Positions 19,695 through 30,715 of a stretch of 64,000 nt of DNA are shown in pieces. This DNA is from Nitrososphaerota archaeon (GTDB lineage Archaea; Thermoproteota; EX4484-205; JAAOZP01): assembly GCA_011605725.1 (NCBI GenBank), contig JAAOZP010000004.1:1-64000 (forward strand). Direction: 5' to 3'. The notes under the pieces were generated by a model. It had not been told where the DNA came from. It ran no database searches and saw nothing but the letters and a program-made list of their open reading frames with translations. A program made the translations under genes and the position numbers. Numbering within the stretch: position 1 is the stretch's first letter; every line of letters starts with the position of its first letter.

Positions 19695-20437
19695 AGGTAT
19701 TTTTTAATACCACTCTTTTCCACGTTCTTTTCACGCGAAAGCATCTTCGTCAACTCGTGCATACTGATCCTTCTAAACTCCATCCTGTTTCTCCTAAGCA
19801 TTCTCTCAGCCTCCTCCGTCACACCCGGGGCCAGAAGAATAATCCTTACACTCGGCCCGAGGCCTCTAGCATACCTTAACAATTGTCTAACAGCTTCTAA
19901 CCCAGCCCTATCCTTCTTTATTTCAACTATTGTTCTACGATTGTTCGCATCGACCCCGATAATGTCAACCACCCCTGTTTTCTCTCTTGCTTCTGAAGAG
20001 GTTACCCTAAAGCCTTCCTCCACAAGCTCGGGATGTTTGCGGAGAATTTCAGAAATCTCCTGCTCGCTCAAATACATTTGAAACTCACCCTTATCTTCAA
20101 GTCTTCCTGTGAAGATGTTTCTCAAGCCATATATTCTTACGATGACTTTCTCAGGCTTCTTAATCCTCTTAACGATGAGAACAATATGATCAGTGCTGAC
20201 GGTGAGCCCAACCTGGTTCGGAGGAGGCTGCCAGTTAACTGGCTCAAGCCCAGAAGGCCTGTGAATCAGGAAGGACGTATCCTCCTTAACGATTACTAGT
20301 CTCTCCCCCTTCTCTAGGAATGATCTTGCTCTTCCAATGTAATCCGCTTCGCAAAGACAGACTAATGCGATGAACTCTTTAGCGCTAACAGCCTTCTTAA
20401 GCTGCTCTGCCTTTTCCTCTAAGCTGGAGTTACACAT
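19691..20437 (-). CDS. nucS: Mismatch-specific endonuclease NucS/EndoMS
   Basis: YIGRARS, EPVNWQPP, VDIIG..IVEIK..AVRQLLRY. Confidence 0.92.
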   Translation of the reverse strand: MCNSSLEEKAEQLKKAVSAKEFIALVCLCEADYIGRARSFLEKGERLVIVKEDTSFLIHRPSGLEPVNWQPPPNQVGLTVSTDHIVLIVKRIKKPEKVIVRIYGLRNIFTGRLEDKGEFQMYLSEQEISEILRKHPELVEEGFRVTSSEAREKTGVVDIIGVDANNRRTIVEIKKDRAGLEAVRQLLRYARGLGPSVRIILLAPGVTEEAERMLRRNRMEFRRISMHELTKMLSREKNVEKSGIKKYL

Positions 20438-20643
20438 TAGCCTTCTAAGCGGCTGACGGGGTTTATTTCTTTTTTCAACATTATGTCGCTGTTCGAATCA
20501 GGGTTTAAACGGTTTTGCAAAGTTTATGTATGAATGCTTTTTAACTGTTTTGTTTCACTGGCGTGAACGGTGAAACTTAATAAACCCCTTTTGAGGAAAT
20601 CTCTCCGGTTGAAAACTGTGGACAGGAGGGGAGATGCTGAGCG

Positions 20644-22911
20644 TTGAACGGTCGGAGGGAAGGTTTTCCAAACGATACTGGAAGAAAGAATGATCAACCC
20701 GATTATGTTTACCTACGTGTCGCTGAGGCTCAGCCCACTGACGTTGGGCGGGGCTACGCCAGGATCGATCCTGAAGTCGCTAAGCTTCTGAATCTTTCGC
20801 CGGGAGACGCTATTGAGATAGTGGGCAGAAGAAAGACTTATGCTCTAGTATGGCCAGCGTCAGCCAAGGATAGGGGCCTCGGTCTAATCAGGATAGACGG
20901 GTACACGAGGGAGAATGTCGGCGTCAGCCTCGACGACAAGGTTAGGGTCAGAAAGGTAACCGCTAGGTATGCGACTACCGTTGTCCTTGCGCATACCGAG
21001 CAGCCTAGAATGGTTAACGGTGAGGAGTTTGTGAAAAGCATAATGATAGGCAGGATAATAAACAGGGGTGATATTATTCCTGTTAGGATAATGGGTAAGA
21101 TTGTTCAACTAGTCGTTGTCTCCTATCAGCCTGCGGCTGAGGCAGTTATAGTGACTGAGGACACTGTGGTCAAGATCAGCGAGAAAATATACCAGATTAA
21201 GAAGCTTCTTCCAAGAGTTACTTACGAAGACATAGGTGGCTTAGAGGAGGCTATTCAGAAGATTAGGGAGATGGTTGAGCTTCCCCTTAGGCATCCTGAG
21301 CTTTTCGACAGACTGGGAATAGAGGCTCCAAAGGGTATTCTTCTCTATGGTCCACCCGGCACCGGTAAGACTCTTCTCGCGAAAGCCGTGGCTAACGAGA
21401 CTAATGCGCACTTCATCAGCATAAGCGGACCTGAAATAATGAGCAAGTATTATGGTGAGAGTGAGCAGAGACTTAGAGAAATATTTAAGGAGGCTGAGGA
21501 GAATGCTCCAAGCATAGTTTTCATAGATGAGCTTGACTCAATAGCGCCTAAAAGAGAGGATGTTACTGGTGAGGTTGAGAAAAGGGTTGTAGCTCAGCTT
21601 CTCTCACTCATGGATGGGCTGCAGACACGTGGGAAGGTTGTTGTAATAGGCTGCACTAATAGGGTTAACGCGATAGATCCTGCCTTACGCAGGCCTGGGA
21701 GGTTCGACAGGGAAATAGAGATAGGTGTACCCGATAAGAAGGCGAGACTAGAGATACTTCAGATCCACGTAAGGGGTATGCCGCTTTCAGAAGACGTTGA
21801 CTTGAAACGGCTGGCTGAGCTGACTCCGGGTTTCGTCGGAGCTGATCTCGCGGCTCTTGCTAAAGAAGCAGCATTAAGATGTTTAAGGGAAGTCCTTCCA
21901 GAGATAGATCTTGAAACCGAGGTCATCCCGATAGAGGTTCTAAGCAAGCTTGTAGTCAGGATGAAGCATTTCATGGATGCTTTGAAGGAGATAGAGCCGT
22001 CTGCTTTGAGGGAGATAATGGTTGAGAGTCCAAATGTTCACTGGGATGATATTGGGGGTCTCGAGGATGTTAAGAGGGAGCTCATAACCTCGATAGAGTG
22101 GCCATTAAGGTTTCCCGAGCTTTTCAAAAAGCTTAACATAAGGCAGCCGAAGGGTATTCTTCTCTATGGTCCACCCGGCACCGGTAAGACTCTTCTCGCG
22201 AAAGCCCTGGCGACTGAGAGCGAGGCCAACTTCATAAGCATCAAGGGTCCGGAACTGCTTTCAAAATGGGTCGGCGAGTCTGAAAGGGGGATTAGAGAAG
22301 TCTTCAGGAAGGCTAGGCAAGTTGCTCCCTGCATAATCTTCTTCGACGAGATTGATTCGATTGCGCCCTTGAGGGGTAGGGATGTGAGCAGTGATGTTAC
22401 TGAAAGGGTTGTCAGCCAGCTTCTAACTGAGATGGACGGTCTGCAGGATCTCAGGGGAGTCATAGTCATAGGCGCGACGAACAGGCCTGATATAATCGAT
22501 CCTGCTCTGTTAAGAGCAGGAAGGTTCGACAAGCTTATAGGCTTAAGCTGGCCGGATAAAGAGACTCGTAAGAAGATATTCCAGATACATTTAAGGGGGA
22601 AGCCTGTTGCTCCAGACGTGAACATCGACGAACTGGCTTCGATGACTGAAGGCTTCTCCGGGGCGGACATAGCTCAGTCATGCAACGATGCTGGGCTCAT
22701 AGCGATAAAAGAATTGCTGGAGATGACGAGCGACGAGGAGAAGGTTATGAGGATGACTGAGAAGCTAGTTATTCAGAAGAGACATTTGATGGAAGCGATA
22801 AGCAAGATAAACATTCCTTCTCCAGAGGAGCGCAGGGCCTACGAGCTCATGATGTCGAAGTTCGCTGGCACAGCGAAATCGACAATAATGGCTTCTCCAA
22901 CCCTTGTTTAG
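20644..22911 (+). CDS. cdc48: CDC48/VCP-type AAA ATPase
   Basis: N-domain, two GPPGTGKT Walker A motifs, FIDELD/FFDEID, RPGRFD/RAGRFD. Confidence 0.96.
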   Translation: MNGRREGFPNDTGRKNDQPDYVYLRVAEAQPTDVGRGYARIDPEVAKLLNLSPGDAIEIVGRRKTYALVWPASAKDRGLGLIRIDGYTRENVGVSLDDKVRVRKVTARYATTVVLAHTEQPRMVNGEEFVKSIMIGRIINRGDIIPVRIMGKIVQLVVVSYQPAAEAVIVTEDTVVKISEKIYQIKKLLPRVTYEDIGGLEEAIQKIREMVELPLRHPELFDRLGIEAPKGILLYGPPGTGKTLLAKAVANETNAHFISISGPEIMSKYYGESEQRLREIFKEAEENAPSIVFIDELDSIAPKREDVTGEVEKRVVAQLLSLMDGLQTRGKVVVIGCTNRVNAIDPALRRPGRFDREIEIGVPDKKARLEILQIHVRGMPLSEDVDLKRLAELTPGFVGADLAALAKEAALRCLREVLPEIDLETEVIPIEVLSKLVVRMKHFMDALKEIEPSALREIMVESPNVHWDDIGGLEDVKRELITSIEWPLRFPELFKKLNIRQPKGILLYGPPGTGKTLLAKALATESEANFISIKGPELLSKWVGESERGIREVFRKARQVAPCIIFFDEIDSIAPLRGRDVSSDVTERVVSQLLTEMDGLQDLRGVIVIGATNRPDIIDPALLRAGRFDKLIGLSWPDKETRKKIFQIHLRGKPVAPDVNIDELASMTEGFSGADIAQSCNDAGLIAIKELLEMTSDEEKVMRMTEKLVIQKRHLMEAISKINIPSPEERRAYELMMSKFAGTAKSTIMASPTLV
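21331..21387 (+). repeat. 57-bp exact repeat, copy 1 (cdc48 D1 Walker A)
   Basis: aagggtattcttctctatggtccacccggcaccggtaagactcttctcgcgaaagcc identical to 22150-22206. Confidence 0.9.
22150..22206 (+). repeat. 57-bp exact repeat, copy 2 (cdc48 D2 Walker A)
   Basis: Identical to 21331-21387. Confidence 0.9.
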
Positions 22912-22971
22912 ACAGGCTTAGTAGAGAAAACATTTATTTATTTCAGTCGTAGAGAATCAGTTGAGTAAACC

Positions 22972-23826
22972 ATGTGCGCGAGTGTAAGGTACAGGCCTCC
23001 TGAAACAGCTGAAATAGGTATTTTCGGAGGGACAGGCAACTATGATCCGTCATATCTTCAGGATGCTAAACAGTTTAAAGTATACACGCCTTACGGGCCG
23101 CCGTCAGACCTCGTAACAGTAGGGTGGGTTAAGGATAGGAAGGTTGCCTTCCTACCTAGGCACGGTAGGCATCATACAATACCGCCTTACAAGGTTAACT
23201 ATAGAGCTAACGTCTGGGCTTTCAAAACAATGGGTGTAACGAGAATAATAAGCCCTGCAGCCGTTGGGAGCCTACAACCGGAGTTCATAAAACCCTACGA
23301 GTTCGTTATAATAGATCAGTTTTTCGATAGGACGACGAACAGGAGAAGCCTCTCCTTCTACGAGGGTGGAGTCGTTGGGCATGTGCCATTCAGCGACCCT
23401 GTCTGTCCGGAGCTGAGAAGAATCTTCCTGGATTCAGGCAGAAGGGTACTTCCAAACGTGAAGATCCACCCCACGCCGGAGGAGGAGGCTGAGGGCAAAT
23501 CGTTCACATACGTAACTATTGAGGGCCCAAGGTTTTCAACAAGGGCTGAATCACTCTTCTACAAGAGCCTAGGGTTCTCGGTAGTAGGTATGACAGCCGT
23601 GTCTGAAGCATACTTGGCTAGGGAAGCTGAGATATGTTTTCTCAGCATAGCGCTCATCACGGATACAGACGTGTATGGTCTAATGCCTGTTACAGCTGAA
23701 AGGGTTGCTAAAAGCATGAGGGAGAACGTTGCGAACGTCAATAAGCTTATTTATGAGACAATCCCCATTATACCAAGGGAGAGGAAGTGTGGTTGCGGTA
23801 CTGTGCTGGATGTTTCACTCTATTAG
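22972..23826 (+). CDS. mtnP: 5'-methylthioadenosine phosphorylase
   Basis: GIFGGTG, TPYGPPS, FLPRHG, NYRAN, EGPRFSTRAES, GMT, TDTD. Confidence 0.9.
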   Translation: MCASVRYRPPETAEIGIFGGTGNYDPSYLQDAKQFKVYTPYGPPSDLVTVGWVKDRKVAFLPRHGRHHTIPPYKVNYRANVWAFKTMGVTRIISPAAVGSLQPEFIKPYEFVIIDQFFDRTTNRRSLSFYEGGVVGHVPFSDPVCPELRRIFLDSGRRVLPNVKIHPTPEEEAEGKSFTYVTIEGPRFSTRAESLFYKSLGFSVVGMTAVSEAYLAREAEICFLSIALITDTDVYGLMPVTAERVAKSMRENVANVNKLIYETIPIIPRERKCGCGTVLDVSLY

Positions 23827-23877
23827 AAGACCTTCCAGCGTTAAGAAAGGTCAGTAAACGGGGGGAAACAGATACGG

Positions 23878-24987
23878 GTGTCTAAACGCCTTCCGAAAAC
23901 CATAATCGGCTTCGACCCTGGAACCACGGCTGGACTAGCCGTGTTAAACTTAAATGGGGAGCTGCTTCTCCTTAAGAGTCTAAGACACTGGAGTAGAAGC
24001 AGCATAATTCTTGAAGCTTTAAGCATCGGAGACCCTGTTCTGATTGCAACCGACAGAGCTGAGGCCCCGAGGGCAGTGAGGGAGCTAGCTCAGTCGCTGA
24101 ACTTGGCCGTGTTCGAAACAGGGAAGGAGGAGATGTTCGACAACAAAATCAGCATCATAAACGAATATGCTTCTAAAAGGAATGTCAGAATCGAGGATGA
24201 GCATCAAGCCTCAGCTCTCTACGCAGCGCTTAAAGCCTACAACAGTTTCAAAAACGAATTCAGAAACATTGAGCTGAACGTCGAGAGAAAGATAAGTGAC
24301 TTCAAGGAAGCCCTAGTAGATGAAGTTAAAAGCGATCTTATCAAGGGGATTCCTCCTGAGCGTTCGATAAAAGAGCGGCTTTCTCAAACAGTTGCTCAAA
24401 GCTTTGACGCAAACATTGTGGAGCAGCTTAGGAAGCAGCTTCTCGAGGAGAGGAGGAAGGTTGAAGTTCTTGCACTTAAACTGGAAAGCCTGAGAAACGA
24501 GCTTAGAAAAGCAGAGTCGAAGAAGCCCGGTAAAGAGACTGGTATTAGAAGCGTTGTGAGCTTCACGCCGGAAGCAATCAAGCTGACAAGTCTAAGCCAA
24601 GTTGTTGGGAGGCGGGAGAAGGATTTCAGTGAGCTCCTCCAAGTTGATGTCTTCACAGAGCTGACTTCCAAGAAGGCTAAAAGTGAGGTTAGCAGTACGG
24701 TTGTGGCTGCAGAAACCCTTAAAGGAGATCTGAGGAAGATTTTTAAAGCCCTCTCCTCAAGAGGCGTCAGGATACTTATACTGGATGCTGATAGTATTGA
24801 CGATGAAGCTGTAAAGGAAGCTGCCTACCATGGCCTCCTGCTCTGCGACATTAGAAGCCTGCCTTTGGAGAAGCATGATGAAAAGCTCTACGTGAGGAGG
24901 AGCGACATTAGGGATTTTTTAAACAGGAAGAGGAACCTGCTGACTGAAGCGTTGATTGAAAGGCTGGCTGAGCTTAGCTCAAGATAG
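23878..24987 (+). CDS. DUF460 family protein (RNase H-like N-terminus plus coiled coil)
   Basis: IIGFDPGTTAGLAVLNLNG, PVLIATD, HQASALYAA. Confidence 0.8.
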   Translation: MSKRLPKTIIGFDPGTTAGLAVLNLNGELLLLKSLRHWSRSSIILEALSIGDPVLIATDRAEAPRAVRELAQSLNLAVFETGKEEMFDNKISIINEYASKRNVRIEDEHQASALYAALKAYNSFKNEFRNIELNVERKISDFKEALVDEVKSDLIKGIPPERSIKERLSQTVAQSFDANIVEQLRKQLLEERRKVEVLALKLESLRNELRKAESKKPGKETGIRSVVSFTPEAIKLTSLSQVVGRREKDFSELLQVDVFTELTSKKAKSEVSSTVVAAETLKGDLRKIFKALSSRGVRILILDADSIDDEAVKEAAYHGLLLCDIRSLPLEKHDEKLYVRRSDIRDFLNRKRNLLTEALIERLAELSSR

Positions 24988-24991
24988 ATGG

Positions 24992-25237
24992 CTATATCTC
25001 TTCAGACTTGCCCACGAAAAGAATATTGCTGCCCCTGACCAGCACCAGGTTGAAATTAACGGTTTCCCTGTCTCCCTCATACTCCATTGTACCACTCATG
25101 ATCAGGTTCATCTGAGCATCCACGTTAAGCAGCATCCCTTTGTATACCGAGTGATCATTTTTAAGCCTTAGAAAAACTTTCTTGCCAACCATACTTCTAA
25201 GAACTGTCAGCGGCCTCTTGTTAACAGCTTCGTCCAT
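24992..25237 (-). CDS. Sm-like (Lsm) RNA-binding protein
   Basis: RPLTVL..GKKVFLRLK..GMLLNVDAQMNL, VLVRGSNILFV. Confidence 0.9.
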   Translation of the reverse strand: MDEAVNKRPLTVLRSMVGKKVFLRLKNDHSVYKGMLLNVDAQMNLIMSGTMEYEGDRETVNFNLVLVRGSNILFVGKSEEI

Positions 25238-25383
25238 ACTCCGGTTGCTCAACTCCAGAAAAAAGCAGCTACTGCTCCCTATATAAAAATTGCTGACTGA
25301 AAAGGGATTAACCATGTCTCAATCCCATTCGCAGACCATGTGCCCGTATAAAGTCAGGCTGGCAGACAAAGACTTGTCAAAAA

Positions 25384-26148
25384 TCAATATGGAAACCCCT
25401 CAGCCATCTCCGCGTCGGAAAGTTCCTTAAGGAGGCGGGCAATCCTCTCCACAGCAGCCTCCAGTATCTTCTCCCCCTTCTCCCTAGAGGATTTTAATGG
25501 GTTTCCGAAGCCGGAGTTCCTGGTTAAAACATGCCAGGGTCTCGTAAACCTGGCCCAAGCATAGGATAAAGACTTAACCTTAGGCGTGTTCACAGCTCCC
25601 TCCTCAGCCTCCTCCATACGCACAAGATGTGGAAACAGGGCAAGCCCAATGCTCGTCTCAAACTCGTCAGCATGCTCACCGGGTTCATCTATAATCATGC
25701 TTCTCACATCATCAACCGTTCTCCACCAGTCTACTGTTACAATGAAAACCCTAGTCCTGCCGTAAAGGTCTCGCATCAGAGGTGTGAAATCGTTTCCGCC
25801 ATGCCCATTTAGAATGACTAGTTTCTTCACGCCATGGTGCTCAAGCGATTCAACAATATCCCTAACCACCATGTTCAGCGTTGACTGGTCGAGGCTTATC
25901 GTCATCGGAAAGCCGAGTGAGTTTCTGTTTGAACCGTAGGGTATTGCAGGAAGCATAACCACTTTAGCACCCATCTCAGCAGCTTTTTCGCAAGCCATCT
26001 CGGAGACAGCCTTAGCCTGGTAGAAATCCATTCCGTAGGGCAAGTGTAGGCCATGAGGCTCGGTTGAGCCAACAGGTAAGACGGCAACTTCAAACCTGGA
26101 CTCCTTAACATCCTTAAGCGTAGACTCCTGAAGATTCCACGCAACCAT
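25384..26148 (-). CDS. Creatininase/creatinine amidohydrolase family protein
   Basis: LPVGSTEPHGLHLP..D, NGHGGN, HADEFETS. Confidence 0.9.
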   Translation of the reverse strand: MVAWNLQESTLKDVKESRFEVAVLPVGSTEPHGLHLPYGMDFYQAKAVSEMACEKAAEMGAKVVMLPAIPYGSNRNSLGFPMTISLDQSTLNMVVRDIVESLEHHGVKKLVILNGHGGNDFTPLMRDLYGRTRVFIVTVDWWRTVDDVRSMIIDEPGEHADEFETSIGLALFPHLVRMEEAEEGAVNTPKVKSLSYAWARFTRPWHVLTRNSGFGNPLKSSREKGEKILEAAVERIARLLKELSDAEMAEGFPY

Positions 26149-26420
26149 AATGCTAAGCATACTGATAAGCATATAAATTTTCATGGCCTAGTGTCAAGCG
26201 TTTAGGAAAGTGGTTGCTCTCAAAATCCTTAAAGCTTAAAAATTATTTTTCTTTGGCAACAATTCCTTGAACAGCACCGCATTCCTTGCAGAACACTATC
26301 GTCAGAAGCCTATCGCTCAAAGGATACTCGATGAAGGTGAATGAAGCGATGTCGGCTCCACACTTGAAGCAAACAGGCTTATACCTAACGGCTTTATCCT
26401 CCATACTCATCCTGAACCAT

Positions 26421-27428
26421 TCACCTCCTGTTTATTTCTATTACGAAGAGTTCGCTTTTAGACTGCTGATACTGCTCATCCCCATCGTATTTCGCATAGA
26501 CTTCAGCCGTGTCGTCGAGCAAATCAGTCTTCCTAGCTTTCCACTCGATGCTGAAACTCCCATCCTCACCTGTCTTCCCGGAGGCCAGCAGATCATCCCT
26601 ACCAATATCCCTCTCCATTATCCGTATGTTAGCATTGGCAACCGGCTTCCCTGTCTCAGCCTCAAGAAGCCTCCCGGTGAAGACAAGCCGCGATCCCGCT
26701 TTAACTCTAGCCGGGGGAGCTTCCAGCTTCAAAACGGTTTTAATGGGCTTAGCCTGTGCGGGAGGCTTCATCTTGTGAATAATCTGGGTGACAACCGTCC
26801 CGCTCGGTATCAGTATCTCCCTCGTCCCATCCGTAGACTCCAGCACCAGATGCATCAGCCTGATCTCCTTAACAACCCCAGTCTGCCCCGCAACGGTTAT
26901 CGTATCCCCAAAGGTATAGGGCCTGGAGAGCAGGAGGAAGACTCCTGCAACAACGTTCGACAATATGGTTTGCGTCGCGAACCCTACGACAAGACCTCCG
27001 AAAGAACCCACGGTTAGGGCAGCTGCGGGATTCGCGTTGAAGACCGAAGCTATCAGCGAGAGCAAGACGGCGAGGCCCGCGATCCTCACCAGCGTTCGAA
27101 CGGTCGCAGCGGTAGGATGATCCGTAAACCTCCTCATGTAAGTGTAAACGACTCCGCTGAGAGCGTTCACTATAAGATAGCCTAGGCCAAATATTAGGAT
27201 CGCTTGAATATATTGAATATACGGGTTGACTAGCAGTATGACTCCGCTTAAATGCTGCAGGTATGGCGGAATAGTCTCGTCAGGCGTCCAGCCGAATAAT
27301 AGGTCGAGAACCGATAAGGATACTGCTAGAACAACTATGTAAAGAATCGTCTTAAGCCATCCCGCGCGAAGGCTCTGAACCCTGCTCTCAACCGCTTTAG
27401 CCCGCGCGTCCTCTTCAGGCAACGTCAA
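26421..27428 (-). CDS. MscS-family mechanosensitive channel with C-terminal Ig-like domain
   Basis: GLVVGFATQTILSNVVAGVFL..RPYTFGDTI..GVVKEI..IPSG; C-terminal FTGRL..GKPVANA..TGEDGSF..YDGD. Confidence 0.82.
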   Translation of the reverse strand: MTLPEEDARAKAVESRVQSLRAGWLKTILYIVVLAVSLSVLDLLFGWTPDETIPPYLQHLSGVILLVNPYIQYIQAILIFGLGYLIVNALSGVVYTYMRRFTDHPTAATVRTLVRIAGLAVLLSLIASVFNANPAAALTVGSFGGLVVGFATQTILSNVVAGVFLLLSRPYTFGDTITVAGQTGVVKEIRLMHLVLESTDGTREILIPSGTVVTQIIHKMKPPAQAKPIKTVLKLEAPPARVKAGSRLVFTGRLLEAETGKPVANANIRIMERDIGRDDLLASGKTGEDGSFSIEWKARKTDLLDDTAEVYAKYDGDEQYQQSKSELFVIEINRR

Positions 27429-27514
27429 GACAGGACACCTAAGCCACTATGTGTGTGCCCGCTTAAAACTTTTTCCCAATAGCTGAGGTCGAAAGCTAGG
27501 ATACTGGTCTCAAA

Positions 27515-27526
27515 TAGTGCGCGTTA
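27515..27526. repeat. GC-linker palindrome, decayed (TAGTGCGCGTTA); first copy in the window
   Basis: Two C>T changes from TAGCGCGCGCTA. Confidence 0.6.
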
Positions 27527-27593
27527 TGTTTCAGCTATTCGCCATAGTCAATCATGCAACTCATTCAAAAGATCAATCTTTACCCTACTGGAT

Positions 27594-27605
27594 TAGCGCG
27601 CGCTG
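27594..27605. repeat. GC-linker palindrome (TAGCGCGCGCTG)
   Basis: Intact AGCGCGCGCT core, intergenic. Confidence 0.85.
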
Positions 27606-27681
27606 GCCTCATTCTCAACTACCTCGATACTTAACCATTCATACTTATATACCTTTTAAACCAGTATCGAAGTTAACGTGT

Positions 27682-28932
27682 TCAAACATATTTCTCAGCA
27701 GCAGAGGAAGCTATTCTCGCCCACTCCCATAGTCGTTGAGGCTGGTACCTAACGGTGCTAATGTCCTTCATATGGATCTCCATCACACAGTTAAACCTCC
27801 TCGCCTTCCTAAGCTTCTCCTCAATGTCTCTACGCACTGCCTCCGGGTTCCAACTCGACTCGGCCAGCACAGCGGGATTAGGCTTCCAAGCGAATATGAA
27901 CTCGTCACCCACGTTTTCAACAGCCTTGTCGAAATCTATGAAGGGGCTCATAGAGATTCTGCGCAGCCTAGGAATATTCCTCCTCAAAACCTCAACCTTA
28001 TGGTGGAGCGGCTCGCAGCACCCATAGTAGTTGAAACCCCATCTTTCATACCAACGTTTCTCATGCTTCAGCGCAAACTCCTCATGCATAGCAGGGGAAA
28101 CTGCTGCGAAAACCTGGGCCGCGCCCACTCCCCAGAGCCTCATCGGAGAGTCGCGCAGCAGTCCCAGCTTCTCATACTTGTCTAGACGTTGAAGCCAAGC
28201 GTCAACCATTTTCTCGACAAGCCTGTGCACGTATCTTGGTCTGCGGTACATGTCTACGAGAACCTCCTTGACCCCGGTTAGCATCACGATCTCGTCCCAG
28301 GGAGCAAACCAGAAGGCGCTTACGCCACGCTTCTCAACAGGCAGAACCCCGTCGAAAATCTCGCAAAGCATTTCAAACTCCCCCTCAGCTTTCTCCTCGT
28401 CGAAGAACACTTCAGGCACCCGGATCTTTTCAATGTCTTCTTCACACTTGATTTGAACATGGTAACGGTGGGAAACCACAGGATTTTTCTCGTCAATCCT
28501 CAAAATATCCTCCTTAATGCTGATGCCGAAGCCAGTGTCAACGATATAGTCGTGAAGCGGCTGCTCAACGACGGGCTCCAGGCTTAGGCTGCTGCTGAAA
28601 CGCGGATCGTCAACAAGCACGCCCAATCCATGCCTCCACTTATAGATCAAGCGTCTCAGCCTCTCCTCGTATCTCCGGCACAACGGGTGCTTCGTCCTCA
28701 ACGTAAGCTCGTCGCCAACATTCATCTCATGCCACGGGATCTCGTAAACATAGACCGGGGGCTTAACCATCTCCAGATTATTCACCCTCTTCTGCAGCTC
28801 AGCATACTCCTCGTTAACAGGGGAGGCTGCAATTTCAACGATCAGCCTTCCAAGCTCCCTCAGAATCTCCTTGTCTTCAGAAGGTATTCTACTGTAAGCC
28901 ATTGTTTCTCCCATGCTCCTTTTCCAAGCCAT
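27682..28932 (-). CDS. Uroporphyrinogen decarboxylase/MtaA-like TIM-barrel protein
   Basis: VSPAMHEEF, YYGCCEPLHHK, RISMSP, KPNPA. Confidence 0.65.
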   Translation of the reverse strand: MAWKRSMGETMAYSRIPSEDKEILRELGRLIVEIAASPVNEEYAELQKRVNNLEMVKPPVYVYEIPWHEMNVGDELTLRTKHPLCRRYEERLRRLIYKWRHGLGVLVDDPRFSSSLSLEPVVEQPLHDYIVDTGFGISIKEDILRIDEKNPVVSHRYHVQIKCEEDIEKIRVPEVFFDEEKAEGEFEMLCEIFDGVLPVEKRGVSAFWFAPWDEIVMLTGVKEVLVDMYRRPRYVHRLVEKMVDAWLQRLDKYEKLGLLRDSPMRLWGVGAAQVFAAVSPAMHEEFALKHEKRWYERWGFNYYGCCEPLHHKVEVLRRNIPRLRRISMSPFIDFDKAVENVGDEFIFAWKPNPAVLAESSWNPEAVRRDIEEKLRKARRFNCVMEIHMKDISTVRYQPQRLWEWARIASSAAEKYV

Positions 28933-28985
28933 TGGGGCCCGGGAGGACTAAAAAACTTATTGACCGCAATCCTCAAGCCCCTGGC

Positions 28986-29028
28986 TAGCGCACGTTGAAA
29001 GGCGTGAAAGGCATACTAGCGCGCGCTT
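28986..29028. repeat. Two GC-linker copies (TAGCGCACGTTG 28986-28997; TAGCGCGCGCTT 29017-29028)
   Basis: One decayed and one intact copy 19 bp apart, intergenic. Confidence 0.8.
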
Positions 29029-29103
29029 ATCAATCAGAACAGATATTGTGGGAAAAATACTGGGTGAAATCAGCACACGCCAATAGCGCTCCGCCATCCC
29101 TCT

Positions 29104-30495
29104 TTATTTTCCCTCAAGAATATCTTTAAGTTCAAAAATGATGAAGCCTTTCTCAGAAAGCTCCTCCTTGCCTTCGACTCTTCTACCGACTAAGCCGAAA
29201 TACTCTCTTCGCCTCTCCTTCCTCCACTTAAAGACTTGAGCCTTCTGCTTCAAGACTTGAATTATTCTTTTAGCCTCAGCCTTCTTCAAATCACTCCACT
29301 TCACTTCAAAAAAGGCTGATAAAGACTGGGCCTCGTCCAAGGCAACGGCATCTATCTCTTGGTCTTTAAACCACCACTTCCCTATGATCTTCGGACGGAA
29401 TGGAGCCCTCTTTAAACCGTAGAGGCTTTCTCTAAAGATCTGTTCGAAAACCGTCCCGAGATAAGCATCGTAGTCTCGCTTAACCTTCTCCAAAACCGCG
29501 CCAACGTTTCCAAGCTCAAGCTCAGACTTATTCGGGAAGACGTAGCGGAACCAGAAAGCCATGTAGGGGTCAGATATACGGTAGAGGGCTTTCCGCGGCT
29601 TAATTCTCTCCCCAACAGGGTAGAGACGCTCAATCCAGCCTAATTCCTCCAGCACGTCGAGATACTTTGAAAGAAGGGTTTTCTCGAGTCCGGTGAAGCC
29701 GGCTATCTCGCCGAAGGAAGAAGCTCCGAACGCCACAGCCTTAAGTATTACCGAGTAAAGCCTTGGCTCGCGGAGCTCATCCCTCAGCAGGAATTCAGCC
29801 TCGCCATAAAGGAACTCGCCTTTCCTGAATATTCGAGTAGCCACGTTATCCCAGAACGGGACATCTGGGTCAAACTTAAGAAGATAGGCCGGAACTCCGC
29901 CGAGACACCCGTAAACCCTAACGAGATCCTCCTCAGGATATTCTTTGAAGAATCCCCGGAGATGATGAAAACGTAGGGGCTGAAGCTTCCATTGCCCGGT
30001 TCTCCTACCGTAAAGCGGGCTCCTGTAGCTTAAAACCTCGGTCTCCATCATACTGATGGAGGAGCCGAGGAGGATTAGCATGACCTGACTGTTCTCAAGC
30101 TCCAGGTCCCAGATTTTCTGGAAAACAGAAGGTATCGCCTTATCATCCTCTATCAGCATCGGAAACTCGTCTATCACGATAATAACCCTCCCCCCTTTCC
30201 ACCATTTCAGGAACTCTTTGAAGAGCTCCAGCCAGCCGCTAATTTCAAGCTTAGAGAAGGACTCGTCACCGAGAACCTGCGACATCTTCCCCTTAAACTC
30301 CTCAAGCAGATCTCTCTCCGGCCTCCTGTCCGCCAAGAAGTATACAGCGGGCTTCCCCCTGACGAACCTTGCGATAAGCTCGGTCTTACCGATCCTCCTA
30401 CGCCCATAAATAACTATTAGCTCAGGATCCTTGCTTCTGAACTTCTCCTCCAAGTATTGAAGCTCCTCCTCCCTGTCGACAAATAGTTGAATCAC
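29104..30495 (-). CDS. Archaeal ATPase (ATPase_2) with wHTH and DUF234 PD-(D/E)xK-like domain
   Basis: FVDREEEL, YGRRRIGKT, IDEFP, SPLYGRRT, EIDAVA..FEVKW. Confidence 0.9.
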   Translation of the reverse strand: MIQLFVDREEELQYLEEKFRSKDPELIVIYGRRRIGKTELIARFVRGKPAVYFLADRRPERDLLEEFKGKMSQVLGDESFSKLEISGWLELFKEFLKWWKGGRVIIVIDEFPMLIEDDKAIPSVFQKIWDLELENSQVMLILLGSSISMMETEVLSYRSPLYGRRTGQWKLQPLRFHHLRGFFKEYPEEDLVRVYGCLGGVPAYLLKFDPDVPFWDNVATRIFRKGEFLYGEAEFLLRDELREPRLYSVILKAVAFGASSFGEIAGFTGLEKTLLSKYLDVLEELGWIERLYPVGERIKPRKALYRISDPYMAFWFRYVFPNKSELELGNVGAVLEKVKRDYDAYLGTVFEQIFRESLYGLKRAPFRPKIIGKWWFKDQEIDAVALDEAQSLSAFFEVKWSDLKKAEAKRIIQVLKQKAQVFKWRKERRREYFGLVGRRVEGKEELSEKGFIIFELKDILEGK

Positions 30496-30715
30496 GAATA
30501 TAATACTTATGATTCAACTATTTAAATCTTAGCTCTCGGAACAGCGTCACATCCAGCGCCATTAAAAAAGTGCTTCCAAGACTTGAACACACCAGCCTGC
30601 ACAGGACAATTACCGCATAGCCAGACGGCCCGAAATATTCTGGAAGCCTTCGACCAGTCTGCATCAACGCATCCCGCCTACATGCGCATTCAAGCGGAAA
30701 ACCAGCAGTCCCTCC

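Noticed and set aside
26286-27017. 243-aa + strand ORF and other antisense ORFs (e.g. 4392-4928, 16269-16775, 22164-22670, 37817-38380)
   Set aside because: Shadows of well-supported genes on the opposite strand, with no motifs
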